A stretch of DNA of 64,000 bases, from NCBI GenBank assembly GCA_964016885.1, contig OZ024743.1, forward strand, positions 338,520,001 through 338,584,000, given 5' to 3'. Shown here in pieces: positions 12,987 through 26,553 of this stretch. The notes beneath the pieces are model-generated. The model had not been told where the DNA came from and made no database searches. It worked only from the letters and a program-made list of their open reading frames with translations. Source of the stretch: Eledone cirrhosa (lineage: Eukaryota). The stretch's first letter is position 1. Each line of letters opens with the position of its first letter. The position numbers and the translations under genes are program-made.

Positions 12987-14467
12987 CAATGTCAGACTTG
13001 AACCCGTCACCACCTCTAGCAACAAACATTAAGGGCACACCTTACACCATATCTCCACACTCATTGATCCACTTTAACGCAAATAGTGACATCCTCCTAG
13101 TACCTTTTACCCTAGAGATATCCCCATGTACATCTACTTTTGGCCTTCAATTACTTAGACTACATTACACCAATATATAATTAATGTAAACTTTAAGCAC
13201 GGAATTGGTTGTGCTAATATTGTTCTGTGTATGGAGTGCCACCATTGGATAAATGAAAGATTAATTAATTTATTTATTAACATAAAAGAGCTATATAACC
13301 TATATGCTGAGTGCAATGAATTATGTACAGGTGATGTATGAGTTATACATACATGTGTGACTTGATGGTCAGATTAGTGTCATTGTAAGTGAGAATTGAT
13401 CTCTGGACTACCCTAGTGATATTTAACTTTGCCATGCAATCAGACATGCAATGACCTAGAGCTTACCAAGAGTCATATATAGAAGTGATTCTCATAAAAC
13501 CCTGCCAGGTTCTGCGGGTGGACTACACTTACAAAGATCATTGATTTGGAGATCTGACTCTTCATGTAAAATATTCGGTTGTGGCACTCTATGATAGAAG
13601 GTAATCATCCTAATATGAACACCTTTAGTACTTCTTGATAGACTACACTGTAATTTATAGAAAAGATACTTAAATTTAGAAACTGTTTATAACCTTATAT
13701 GATAGGACTCATTTGAGACACCATTTAATGTACATTAGGATAATAAATTTAGTTATAGAAATCAGCTAGTTACCTCCCCTTACGCATTAACTCCCCTTAA
13801 TCACACACACACTTCCGGTAAATAATACGATGTCAACTCTCGCAACATAAACAACCTGCTCTATAGAATCGAATTAGAGAACGACAAGCTGTGGTGTTCT
13901 AACATGGTTCATCAGGCACCCAATGTTGAATCATCATGGATTGTGTGAGGGACATGTAGTCTATAAATTGCGTTTCCTGGATTGTGAAAGTGGTGGTGTG
14001 TGCGAGGACCGTGGAGTTGTTTTGCTTCTCATTTTTAATATTTTTAATATTTTTGGTGTTTCTCTACACACAGGCTTCTATATCGTACATGTATATATAT
14101 AAAAAATGCTTTACCAGTACAACCCCCATGATACTCTTGATTGCCCGCTTAGACTGCTTGTATTACATGTAACAATCTGCCGCACTATAATCTTGTATAA
14201 ATAGGACACGTGTGCATGCCTCACGTGTGACTGTTGCATACACTGGCTACTTCAAACTATCCTCTTGCTTTATCTTCGTAAACTGCCAATGTTGTATTTT
14301 AATTTTAACTTTAATTTTGTCCTTTAATATGACTAATCTTTGTATGTAAATTGCCATGCTATATTATTATAATGGATGTCAACCCACTGTGGGTCAATAT
14401 ATACATATGTTTCTATATTTCTCTTGTGTTTAAAAGGAGGTCAAGTATGTAAAAAATCACTGAATAA

Positions 14468-14516
14468 TTGCTCCGAAGACTCCAAACCTCGGTTTGGAAG
14501 AAACAATTGTAAGCAA
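14468..14516 (+). ncRNA. Hammerhead motif with a core variant (CCGAAGA); mirror copy at 12237-12285 (-)
   Basis: UUGCU-CCGAAGA-C-UCCAAACC/GGUUUGGA-A-GAAA-CAAUUG-UA-AGCAA. Confidence 0.65.
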
Positions 14517-14582
14517 ATAAATGATTTAAACAGAACTTTGATTCATGTAATTTCTATATATATATATCAATCTATCTATCTC

Positions 14583-14658
<76 letters not shown>

Positions 14659-14843
14659 TCGTCTTTCTTTCTTTCTTTCTATTTATTTTTCTTTTTTTCT
14701 TTCTTTCTTCATTCTTCCTGTCTATCATGCTATCTGTCTTTCTCTCTTCCTTTCTCTCTATCTCGTTTTTCTTCTTTTTTTCATCTTCCTCTCCCTCCTT
14801 CCTATTTCTTTGTCTCACTTTTTAAAATCACCAGCACCATCAT

Positions 14844-14875
<32 letters not shown>

Positions 14876-15162
14876 TCACCATCACCATCATCATCATCAT
14901 CACCATCACCATCACCATCACCATCATCAGCACCACCATCACCATCATCATCAACATCATCATTATTCCACTCTGCCCCAATGCTGTATCAAATTTCGCA
15001 GAAGTCTGACACGAAATTACATTTTATATCTCAAGAAATGTTTCGTTTTTATGTTTTTTTTTAAATTTTATTTATGTATCTTTTTATTTACTTATTCAAA
15101 TTTTACCCCCTTCTGATAACATACATTACTTTTCGGCCATATTGCGTCCTCCTCACCTCCGC

Positions 15163-15203
<41 letters not shown>

Positions 15204-15254
15204 TTACACATATATATATATATATATACATACATACACACAGACACAGACACA

Positions 15255-15309
<55 letters not shown>

Positions 15310-15373
15310 GTATATATATAAATATATATATATTTACATATATATATATATACATACATACACACAGACACAG

Positions 15374-15409
<36 letters not shown>

Positions 15410-15627
15410 TTCTTTATTTGCCACTAGGGCACAAGAGAAAGGGGGGGGGGTTTACATAAAAGCGAGTAAAGAAAAAAAGGAATAACAATAAAAATGATAT
15501 AATAATAAAAAGTCCTCAAAAGGGAGGGGCGTGTTGGGGATTGCACATACCCCCGAAAAGTGTGCAACCCTTTTCCCGGGGGAATCCCAGAGAGGAGGCG
15601 CTCCCCCTTTCCTCTTCACTTCTTCAC

Positions 15628-18424
15628 CTACAGAACAATGTAGAGAGAAGGCCCATTTACACGAGCCATTCTCGCCTCTTTCACCCACCTTTCATAAAAC
15701 TGTCTGGGGCCAAGCACTTCTCTCTCCATCCTGATCCTTCTTCCGAAGTGGTATCGGAAGAAGTAAACCAGGTGTTGGCCAGAGAGAAAGTCACCCGACC
15801 TCAGACCTTTCAGGCGCGTCCACCACACAACCTCTTTCATCATGGCTATTACGCACAGAAAGACCGCCTCTGCTTCATTTCTGAAGGGAGGAGGCAGCTT
15901 GATGTTCACCACGGTCTCGGCGGCCAATCGAATCGGCGCCACACGCGACAGCAGTCGTTCGACGTAGCCCCACAGATCGGCAACGCCCGGTCAGTGTACC
16001 AGTGCGTTCGCAACGGTTTCCTCGTCGCGCACGCATCTGGGACAGATCTTTTTCGCGGGATCCCTGCCCGGCCGCCCGTGTCTGTAGAGCTTTTCTCGAA
16101 CGGACAGAGCCCCCCGGTAGCACTGCCAGGATTGCAGCTCGGTGAGCGAGACGAGCTGTGTGAAGGCTCGCCTCACAAACGGGGCCCACACCGGCTGACC
16201 GGTGAGGAATACCTGTAGATGTCGTAGCCTCAATGCGTGCCTACGCATCAACAGCCACGGCATACCCAGCCCTCCTTTCGAAGGGTGCTGGCAGCAGATG
16301 GATCTCCTCACCATGGGAGGCCGCTTCTTCCAGAGGAACTGGAAGAGCATGCGTTCCATGATGGTGAGCTTTTCCATAGGCCGAGACCGCTTTGTGCAAT
16401 CCCGGTTCCAGGGGTATGCCCCGCAGCAACTCCAACTTCCGCAGCGGTGGCTCGAGAGCCAATACGTACAGAAGAGAGGAGAGGGGGCACCCCTGCCTGA
16501 TGGACCGGGTGATTTGAAACGGCTCCGAGAGGTAGCCGTTTACTTTAACCCTAGAGCAGACGTTGCCACTGTGCATGGCAGAAATCCAGACCCTGAAAAC
16601 GGGTCCGAAGCCCGTCGCCGCTAGCACCGCATCCAGGTAACCATGGTCGACCCTATCGAACGCCTTAGATTGATCCAAGTTGATCAGGGCCCCACCAAAG
16701 CCGGGTTCGTTCCCAACCCTCTCTACGATGTATCGCATGAGGTGGAGGTTGTCGTGAATGGACCTGGACGGGATAGCGCATGTCTGCGCGTCTCCCACCA
16801 AGCCACCCACCACAAGCGCCAACCTCTTCGCTAACACCTTGGCCAAAATCTGTAACTCTGCATTCAGCAGAGTTATGGGCCTAAAGTTACTTAAGTCGTC
16901 CCCCTTGCTCTCGTCCTTCCTCACTAGCGTGACTACGCCCTTGGTCACAGAACAGGGAATTCTCCCGTTTTGTTGCCAGTTGCAATAGACAGCCTCGAGG
17001 AGTTCGGAGAACAAGACCGGCATAGCTAAATAAAGTTCGTATGGTAGACCATCGAGACCCGGAGATTTGCGTCTGCTGCATTGGCTGAGCGCATCCCCGA
17101 TTTCAGTGGCTGTGATTGGCCTTTCGCAGCACTCCGCTTCGCCGCTCGAAAGACGCGGTAGACCGTCGAGGTATGGACCGAAGTCCACATCCCCGTCCGG
17201 CCCACCACCCCCTCCGAAAAGTCGAGCAAAGTGCCTTTGAAAGGCCTCGCACATCCGCTCAGGTTCAAGGATCACCCGTCCATCCTGGTCTCGCAAAGAC
17301 CGAATGGTGGATTTAATCCCACTCTTGGCTTCTGTCACGCGGGCCCAGCTAACAGCTTTGGTCCCCTCGTTTCCTAAAGCACGTATTTTACTTCAGACAA
17401 CGCAGCCTTCGTGCTTCGCGTCAAAGAACTGGCTCAACGCCGTTCTCGACGCTAACACTCTGGCCACGTCTCCGCTCCTAATCGCCACTTCTAGTTTATC
17501 TGTCAACTCACTTTCCCTCCTATTTCTATTCGCCGCTAGTTCCTTACTGTAACCTATCAAACTTACTCTAATCTCTCTCTTTAGAGATACCCACCACCTG
17601 CTGTTGACGATCGCTCCCGTCAACCGCATCTTAACTAAGCTACTAATCCGGTTCCTGTAAGCTTCCTTTGCCGGCAAGGACAAGTTCATCTTCCAGTAAC
17701 CGGGACCCTGTCTATGCGTTCTATCAAGGTTGACCACGCAGGTCACTAATTTGTGATCTGAATAGCCAACCATGATCAATTCTGGACAACTAAATACGTC
17801 CCTATCCTTACTCCTAACCAAAAACCTATCTAGGTACGATCTAGATTGTCCACTGCGGTTTGCCCAGGTCCAGGTTGGCACAGTTGGAAAATCTAGTCGA
17901 AATCTATCGACCAGGTCGAATCGATCGAGTAACCCCTTGAGGCTGCTACACCCCCCTCTATCGGGACATGCCCCTGCATAGTCCCAACGCGCATCTAGGA
18001 TTCCATTCCAGTCCCCCACTAAAAGCAGGGAACGCGACGTTCCTAGAAAAGTCTCCAGACGCTGGAAGAAGTCGGCTCTTTCAGCCCCGAAGGGGGCATA
18101 AAGACCGACCAGTCTGAAAGCCCCGCCTTCACCGCCTCCGACGTCCAGCACCAGTAATCGACCCCCCGGGTCCGAGTGAACAATCTGTACGTCGAGAGCC
18201 AGACGTTTATCCAGCAGTACGGCAACCCCACCCCCGCCTCCGGGTTGACAGAGAGATGCGTGCATCTCAAAGTCATCGAAGGCGGGAGCCAGCTCTCGCA
18301 CGCTGCTGATCCGACTCTCGCAAACAACCATCACATCTATACTTCGTGACCTGAGGTCACTTAGAAGCTTTGCTTGCTTCCAAGCTGAGCCCAGGCCACG
18401 CGCATTCAAACAACCAACTCTCAA
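15628..18424 (-). pseudogene. Copy A ORF2 (APE endonuclease, RT, CCHC), disrupted
   Basis: CLNARGL, GDWN, SYLDRF, YSDH, SPGLDGLP, FRPITLLN, DQSKAFDRVDH, QGCPLS; deletion at YADD; CPRC..H..HC. Confidence 0.93.
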
Positions 18425-18429
18425 TTGAT

Positions 18430-20554
18430 CTATTTTGGTGTTGAAAGTGAAGAAAGAAAAGCACCTACCTCTCCGGGTTGTGTAATTTCCATGGGGTCGG
18501 GTGTGTTGGGTGGAGGGATGTTTTGTGGTGGTGTGGGGGTATCCAAGTGTGGTGGGGTTGGGGTATTTGGAGTTGTGTCAGGGAGAGGGGAGGTTATGGG
18601 GAAATCTTTCAAGAGGACGCGATTTAACGGTTTTAAACAGAGGGGGGGGGCTCACGTCCTGTTTAAATTGTTCTTTTAAGGAACGATAAAGGTCCAGAGG
18701 GACCTTTATCATTTTTAAATGGGTGAAGTTCTTTGTTGAGATAAAGTTTGGGCCTTCGGTCTGCACCAAAGGGCTATTGTTTATTAATTTAAACAGTTTT
18801 TTGTTTTCTTTATTTATATATGTGTATTGTAAAGTCTTTTTTTGTGATGCTGTCAATGTTTCGAAGGGGGGGGGGCGCAGATTTATTTTTGTTTGTCGAG
18901 GGTGAGGTGTTTTTGATTGGAGTTGGTGTTTGTGTGTGGGTTATTTGTTGTTGTGGTGTGCTGGGTGTGTGCTTTCGTTTTTTTCTTTTAACTTGTCTGA
19001 AGGCTTCTCCTCCTTCTTCTTCAGAAGTTGGGGGAAACTCTTCAGCGCTAGGTGGGAGGGACGTGGTGTCTGGTTGTTGTTTTTTGCAGGAGGGGTAGAT
19101 TTGTTGCTGTTTTTTTTAATTATTTGTTTGGAATGTGTTTTGTGGTGGTGGTGATGTTTGTGTCGTGCTTGTGGTTGGTGATGGTGGTGGTGATGTTTGT
19201 GTTGTGGTTGGTGATGGTGGTGGTGATTGTTGTGTCGTGCTTGCGTTTGGTGCTAGTGGTGGTGATGTTTGTGTTGTGCTTGTGGTTGGTGGTGTCTGTA
19301 TTTTGTTTGCTGTGTGTGGTATTAGTGTATTTTTGGAGGTGGGTGGTGTTGGTGTACCGTTTGTGGTGGGTGTGGGCAATAGTCCTTTTTTGGGGATACG
19401 ATTCGGGCAGTTAGCCTTAACGTGTCCCCTTTCCGTGCATGAATAGCATGCTGGTCTTCTCCCCTCTACAATTATATAAATTGGGGTGAGGTCATCCAGC
19501 CAGATGCGATCCGGGATTTGCGCTATTCTTTCGGGCCTCATTTGGACTAGTAGGTCGAGGCCCATTCCCAGGAACGCATCTCCAGATGCCTTCCCCATTG
19601 ACAGCACTGTGTCCTCGCCCATGTCTATGAAGCCAGCAATAGCCCACCAGAAGTCCATTGTGGGCAGCATTGTCTGTATTTTGACTCTCTGAGTTCTTCT
19701 ACCCATGTAGGAGGGGTATGCTGTTGATGTGAGTGGGCTTAGGGAAAGCCTCTGTGCTGTTTCCTTGTCTTTTGTTAAGACAGAAATGCTGCCATAGAGT
19801 CGGTCCTTTCGTATGAAGAGAATATTCTTCATATGGTCTTTTAGGACTAACTCTATCTCCATTTGGCTGGGCTGTGCTGGCTTTCTTGTGTTGTTTAGGA
19901 CTGTTCTAAACAGAACAGTGTTTTCTAGTCTCGTTTTCTTGAATTCTGGGGGGGAATTAATGGAAAACATTCCGTTCTCCCCCAAGACTATGTGCTTTTT
20001 TGCTTCTGCCAGTTTCTCTCTGGCGGCAGTTAAGTCAATAGGTGTATATATGATAGATTTTTTTGTTGTCTGTGCGAAAGTTGTTTTTGTTGTGTTTGTG
20101 TTATTTATGTTGGTGTATTCGTTCACATTTTTTTTTCTTTGGGGTTAGACTCCATTTTTTCAAAATCTTCACTTATATTTTCATTATCCGAGAGACTTGT
20201 AGTCACAGCTACTACTTCTCTTTCACCTTTGCTGGTGGGCGTGGCGCCGTGAAAAGTCGAAACGTCATCCATTAATTTTGGCAATTTCTCCGAGTTAATT
20301 TTTTTCACATTTTTTTCATTAGGGTTAGGTTCCATTTTTTCAATGTTTCTAATAATCATTATTCTTTCAGTAGGGTGGCTTGTTGTCTCAGCTACCCGAT
20401 CTCCTTCAGTTTGTTTAGTGGGCGTGTCATCGTTACCTGTAGTAATGGCTTCCATTACCACTAGCGTAGAGACAATTGCAAGATTTTTAGGATGAAAAAT
20501 TTCACCCCAAAAGGGGTGAAATAAATTAACCCTAATGTCCGAAGACTCAGGCAA
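18430..20554 (-). pseudogene. Copy A ORF1 (gag-like, CCHC zinc knuckle, Thr/Pro-rich repeats), disrupted
   Basis: VEGRRPACYSCTERGHVKANCP; split across several ORF pieces. Confidence 0.85.
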
Positions 20555-20683
20555 GGGGGTTAATTAACACAATAACGCAAGAATACAGACAAACACTTAC
20601 TGTTAACACGTAATATCTCCAATATTCGCGGAGCCGATGTGAAACACGTCTATGCCATCCGGAGATAGATAGATAGATAGATA

Positions 20684-22708
20684 CATTTCTTTATTAGCCA
20701 CAAGGGCACAAAAGAAGGGGACAAATACAAATGGGGAGCTTACATACAGGTATATGAAAATAAAACTATTAATGCAATAACAAATAAGAATTGAAATCCC
20801 CAATAGGGGGGAGGTGTTACACAGGGGTTGTACACACCCTGAAAAAATGTACAACCCTCATCTCCAGGAGCACCAAGAGTGAGTACTCCCTTCCTCTCTT
20901 CCTCTTTTTCCTCAACCTACAGGATTATATAGAGAGAAGGCCCAACCACTCGGGCCATCTTTGCCACATTCACCCACCTTTTATAAAATTTGCTGGGCTA
21001 CAGCACCTCTCTCTCCATCCTGATTCTTCTTCCAAAATAATATTTGAAAAAACGAATCAGTTGCTCGCCGGAGAGAGAGGTGTCTGACCTCAGCCCTTTT
21101 AACCTCGTCCACCATATAACCTCTTTCACCATAGCCATAACACATAGTAAAACCGCATCTCCCTCATTTTTGAAGGAGGGTGGCGGTTTGATCATGACAA
21201 TGGACTCGGTGGTCAACTGGATTGGTCCCACCCGTGACAATAGTCGTTCTACATAGATCCACAGGTCGGTAACGCCCGGGCAGTGTACAAATGCGTGTGC
21301 GACGGTTTCCTCGTCGCGCACGCATCTCGGACAGATCTTTTTCGAAGGGTCCCTACCCGGGCGCCCGTGTCTGTAGAGCTTGTCTCGAACTGGTAGAGCT
21401 CCTCGGTAGCACTGCCAGGCCAGGGACTTTTGGAAGTTCTCCATTGGTCCCGGGCGGAAGGTCCTACCGAACAGACTGGCCAGTTCGTCCTCCTCTACGC
21501 CTAGAGTTTCTCCGAGCGTGTCGTCGCACTTGCTGCGGACCAACCCTCTATAGAATGTCGAAGTGGAGTCTCCACTGATCGCTGGGTCCGTTTGCCAGAG
21601 GACTGTGAGCGCCTGAGCACATTCGATATGCCAGTCGCCCATTTTCCTCGGTCTTTGCTTCATGCAGGTCTGCAGCTCGGTCAGCGAGACGAGTCGTGGG
21701 AAGGCTCGCCTCACGAACGGAGCCCACAACGGTTGTCTGGTGAGGAATACGTGGAGGTGCCGCAGCCTGAGCGCGTGTTTGCGCATCGTCAGCCACGGCA
21801 TCCCTAACCCTCCGTTTGAAGGGTGTTGGCAGTAGATGGATCTTCTCACCAAAGAAGCCCGTTTCTTCCAAAGGAATTGGAAGAGCGCGCGTTCCATTTC
21901 GATGAGCGTTTTGGCTGGACAAGGCAATTTGCGAGGTGCTCGACACCATTACTGTCACGTCATCGGCGTAGGCCGACACCGCTTTTCGCAGTCCTGGTTC
22001 CAAAGGGATGCCCTGCAATAGCTCCAGCTTCCGCAGTAGTGGCTCGAGAGTCAGTACGTACAGAAGGGAGGAGAGAGGGCATCCCTGTCGGATGGATCGC
22101 GCGTTATGGAACGGCTCTGAGAGGTAGCCGTTCACCTTGACCCTTGAGCAGTTGTTGGTGTTGTGCATTGCAGCAATGCAGCCCCTGAACACGGGTCCGA
22201 AGCCTGCCGCCTCGAGCACTGCATCCAGGTAACGATGGTCAACCCTATCGAAAGCCTTAGACTGATCCAAGTTGATCAGGGCCCCACCGAAGCCGGGTTT
22301 ACACCCTACCCTCTCTATGATGTATCGCATGAGGTGGAGGTTGTCGTGTATGGACCTGGTCGGGATTGCGCATGTCTGCGCTTCTTCCACCAGGTTTTCG
22401 ACGACAAGCGCCAGCCTCTTTGCCAACACCTTGGCCAAAATCTGTAACTCTGTGTTCAGCAGAGTTATGGGCCGGAAGTTGCCTATGTCATCCCCTTGTT
22501 CTCGTCCTTCCTGACTAACGTGATTACGCCCTTGGTCACAGAACTGGGACTTCTCCCGTTCTGCTGCCAGTTGCAGTAGACCGCTTCCAGGAGATCGGAG
22601 AACAAGTCCGGCATTGCTACGTAAAATTCGTAGGGTAGACCGTCGAGACCTGAAGATTTGCGTTTGCCGCATTGGCTCAGCGCGTCCCCTATCTCAGCGG
22701 CTGAAATC
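20684..22708 (-). mobile_element. Tx1-type copy B (RT to 3' end, internal deletion)
   Basis: RT motifs including AYADD; 3' end AATAAAGAAATG-(TATC)n. Confidence 0.92.
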
Positions 22709-25700
22709 GCCACTTTCACCCACCTTTCATAAAACTTGCTGGGGTACAGCACCTCTCTCTCTCCATCCTGATTCTTCTTCCAAAGTGGTATTTGAAAAAA
22801 AGAATCAGTTGTTGGCCGGAGAGAAAGGTGTCTGACCTCAGCCCTTTCAACCTTGTCCACCATACAACCTCTTTCGCCATAGCTATCACACAAAGGAAAA
22901 CCGCCTCTCCTTCGTTTTTGAAGGAGGGTGGCGGTTTGATCATGACAATGGACTCGGTGGTCAACTGGATTGGTCCCACCCGCGACAATAGTCGTTCTAC
23001 ATAGCCCCACAGGTCAGTGACGCCCGGGCAGTGTATGAATGCGTGCGCGACGGTTTCTTCGTCTCGCACGCACCTCGGACAGATCTTTTTTGCAGGGTCC
23101 CTGCCCGGGCGCCCATGTCTGTAGAGCTTGTCTCGAACTGGTAGAGCTCCTCGGTAGCACTGCCAGGCCAGGGACTTTTGGAAGTTGTCCATCGGTCCCG
23201 GGCGGAAGGTCCTACCGAACAGACTGGCCAGTTCATCTTCCTCTACGCCTAGAGTTTCACCGAGCGCGTCGTCGCACTTGCTGCGGACCAACCCTCTATA
23301 GAATGACGAAGTGGAGTCTCCACTGATCGCCGGGTCCGCCTGTCAGAGGGCTGTGAGCGCCTGAGCACATTCGATGTGCCAGTCGCCCATTTTCCTCGGT
23401 CTTTGCTTGACCCAGGACTGCAGCTCGGTCAGCGAGACGAGTCGTGGGAAGGCTCGCCTCACGAACGGGGCCCACACCGGTTGTCCGGTGAGGAATACGT
23501 AGAGATGCCGCAGCCTGAGCGCGTGTTTGCGCATCGTCAACCATGGCATCCCCAGCCCTCCGTTAGAAGGGTGTTGGCAGCAGATGGATCTTCTCACCAA
23601 AGGAGCCCGCCTCTTCCAAAGGAATCGGAAGAGCGCGCGCTCCATTTTGACGAGCGTTTTGGCTGGACAAGGCACGACGGTCAAGCGGTAGTAGATGGCG
23701 GACGCTATAAAAGTGTTCGCCACCTCCGCTCGACCTTTCAAGGATAGTTTGCACTCGGCCCACTTCTGGGTGAGTGCAAACACCTTGGCCGTCACTTCGT
23801 TCCAGTTCTTCTCCACCTGGAGGTCCGGACCAAACCAGACCCCGAGCAGCTTTACCGGTCCTTCCGTCCAGCGTCCGACGACGCCATCGGAAGGCATCGG
23901 TCTGCCTCTCCACGATCCGAGTTGCAAACCGATGGACTTGTCCCGGTTCAGCTTCGCTCCTGTGAGACTTTCGTATTCCTTTAGTAAGGTGCCGACTTCC
24001 TCGATTTGCGAGGCGCTCGACACCATTACTGTCACGTCGTCGGCGTAGGCCGACGCCGCTTTCCGCAGTCTCAGTTCCAGAGGGATGCCCTGCAATAGCT
24101 CCAGCTTCCGCAGTAGTGGCTCGAGAGTCAGTATGTACAGAAGGGAGGAGAGAGGGCATTCCTGTCGAATGGATCGCGTAATATGGAACGGCTCCGAGAG
24201 GTAGCCGTTCACCTTTACCCTTGAGCAGATGTTGCTGTTGTGCATTGCAGCAATCCAGCCCCTGAACGCGGGTCCGAAGCCTGCCGCCTCGAGCACCGCA
24301 TCCAGGTAACGATGGTCAACCCTATCGAAAGCCTTAGACTGATCCAAGTTGATCAGGGCCCCACCGAAGCCGGGTTTACACCCTACCCTCTCTATGATGT
24401 ATCGCATGAGGTGGAGGTTGTCGTGTATGGACCTGGTCGGGATTGCGCATGTCTGCGCTTCTCCCACCAGGTTCTCGACGACAAGCGCCAGCCTCTTTGC
24501 CAACACCTTGGCCAAAATCTGTAACTCTGTGTTTAGCAGAGTTATGGGCCGGAAGTTGCCTATGTCATCCCCCTTATTCTCGTCCTTCCTGATTAGTGTG
24601 ACCACGCCCCCGGTTACAGAACTGGGAATTCTCCCGTTCTGTTGCCAGTTGCAGTAGACCGCTTCCAGGAGACCGGAGAATAAGTCCGGCATTGCTACGT
24701 AAAATTCGTAGGGTAGACCGTCGAGACCTGGAGATTTGCGTTTGCCGCATTGGCTCAGCGCGTCCCCTATCTCAGTGGCTAAAATCGGCTTTTCGCAGAA
24801 CTTTGCCTCGCTGTCCGAGAGTCGCGGTAGGCCGTCGAGGTATGGACCGAAATCCATAGCCTCTCCCTGCGCGCCGCTCCCCCCGAACAGACGAGCAAAG
24901 TGCCGCTGAAAAGCCGCACACATCTGCTTCGGCTCACGTATCACGCGTCCGTTTTGGTCCTTCAAAGACCGAATCGTGGACTTGTTGCCACTTTTTGCCT
25001 CCGTCACTCGGGCCCAGCTAACAGCTTTGGCTCCCTCGTTTCCCAGAGCACGTATTTTGCTTCTGACAACGCAGCCCTCGTGCTTTGCGTCGAAGAACTG
25101 GTCCAAGGCCGTTCTCGTTGCTAGCACGCTGGCTACGTTTCCACTTCTAATTGCCTCTTCTACTTTATCTACCAGTTCCTTCTCGGTTCTATTTCTATCT
25201 AACGCTAATTCTTTACTAAAAACTATCGAGTCTAATCTAACTGCCCTCTTGAGAGAGTACCACCATCTGTTGTTGACAATGGCCCCTGTCAAGTGCTGTT
25301 TAACTAAAGTGCTAATCCGTCTACTGTAGGCTTTGCTTGTCGGTAACGACAAGTTCAGCTTCCAGTAGCCGGGTCCTTGTCTATGGGTTCTATCAAGGTT
25401 GGCCATGCAGGTCACTAGTTTGTGATCTGAATAGGCAACCATGAACATTTGTGGACAGCTTAACATGTCCCTATCCTTATTTCTAACTAGAACCCTATCT
25501 AAGTACGATCTAGATGTTTCGCTACGATTACTCCACGTCCACATTGGCGCAGTCGGAAAATCTAGTCGATATCTATCGGCCAGGTCAAATCGGTCGATTA
25601 ACTGTTTGAGGCTGTTACACCCCCCTTTAGTCCCAACGTGCATCTAGGATTCCATTCCAGTCCCCCACTAAAAGCAAGGAGCGGGACGTTCCCAGAAAAG

Positions 25701-26521
25701 TCTCTAGACGTTTGAAGAAGTCTGGCCGCGGTGTCCCGGATGGGGCAAATGCGGCCACCAGCCTGAAGGCTCCACCTTCACTACCGTCAACGTCTAGGAC
25801 CACCAGTCGACCCTCCGGGTCCAGATGTACTGTCTGTGTTACGAGGCCCAGGTGTTTCTGCAGCAAAACGGCAACTCCGCCCCCTCCCCCCGGTTGACAG
25901 AGAGATGCGTAGATCTCAAAGTCATCGAAGATGGGGGCCAGCTGTCGCTCGCCGTGGATCCTGGACTCGCAAATGGCTACCACATCCATACTGTGCGACC
26001 TGAGGTCGTTTAAGAGTTTGCTCTGTTTCCAGGTCATCCCCAGGCCGCGTACGTTCACACATCCAACTCTTATATTGGCCATGTTGGTGCTGAAAAGTTA
26101 AAAGAGGAAAAGAGATCACTCACCCTTCGCCTCCTGGGGACCAGGCCGCACGATTTCCATGGGGGTGTTGGAGGGGTTGTCTGGATGGGTGGTGGTTTCC
26201 GGCGGGGTGGGGATGCAGATGTTTGGTGGGGTGGGGTCTGGTTGGATGGGGGTGTCTGGGGTGGGGAGGCATTTGAGAAGGACGCGGTTGAGTGGTTTCA
26301 CGCAGGAATTCCCCACATCCTTCTCAAATGTTTCTTTTAGGGACCTATAAGTTTGTATAGGGACCCTAATCAGTTTTAGGTTCAGTTTTTTTGCTATTTT
26401 TAATAGAGTGGGCGAAAGTTTTCCCTTCGGTGAAAACCGAAGGGTCGTTCGTGATGGTCTCCATTAGTGTTTTGTTTTCAGTGTTTATGTAAGTGTAAGT
26501 GTAATTTTCTTGTGTTGTGTT

Positions 26522-26522
<1 letters not shown>
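22709..26522 (-). mobile_element. Tx1-type copy C (ORF1 tail plus nearly complete ORF2, lacks 3' UTR)
   Basis: 5' junction at (TATC)n 26523-26550; joined directly to copy B. Confidence 0.92.
22716..26082 (-). pseudogene. Copy C ORF2 (APE-RT-CCHC), one frameshift and one stop
   Basis: MANIRVGCVNVRGL start, 766-aa core with AYADD, frameshift ~25630, stop ~23343. Confidence 0.93.

Positions 26523-26550
<28 letters not shown>

Positions 26551-26553
<3 letters not shown>

Larger units (their letters stand above)
12194..14559 (+). mobile_element. 5'-truncated Penelope-like element with inverted pLTR at its 5' end
   Basis: 12194-12579 is the reverse complement of 14177-14559; GIY-YIG fragment follows the left arm; hammerhead-like motif in both arms. 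Confidence 0.88.
15410..20662 (-). mobile_element. Tx1/L1-type non-LTR retrotransposon copy A (both ends present, internal deletions)
   Basis: 5' end abuts (TATC)n; ORF1 and ORF2 present; 3' UTR ends AATAAAGAAA then (TA)n. Confidence 0.92.

Noticed and set aside
15541-16624. Antisense and alternate-frame ORFs over Tx1 ORF2
   Set aside because: Shadows of GC-rich coding sequence; recurrence reflects copy homology only.
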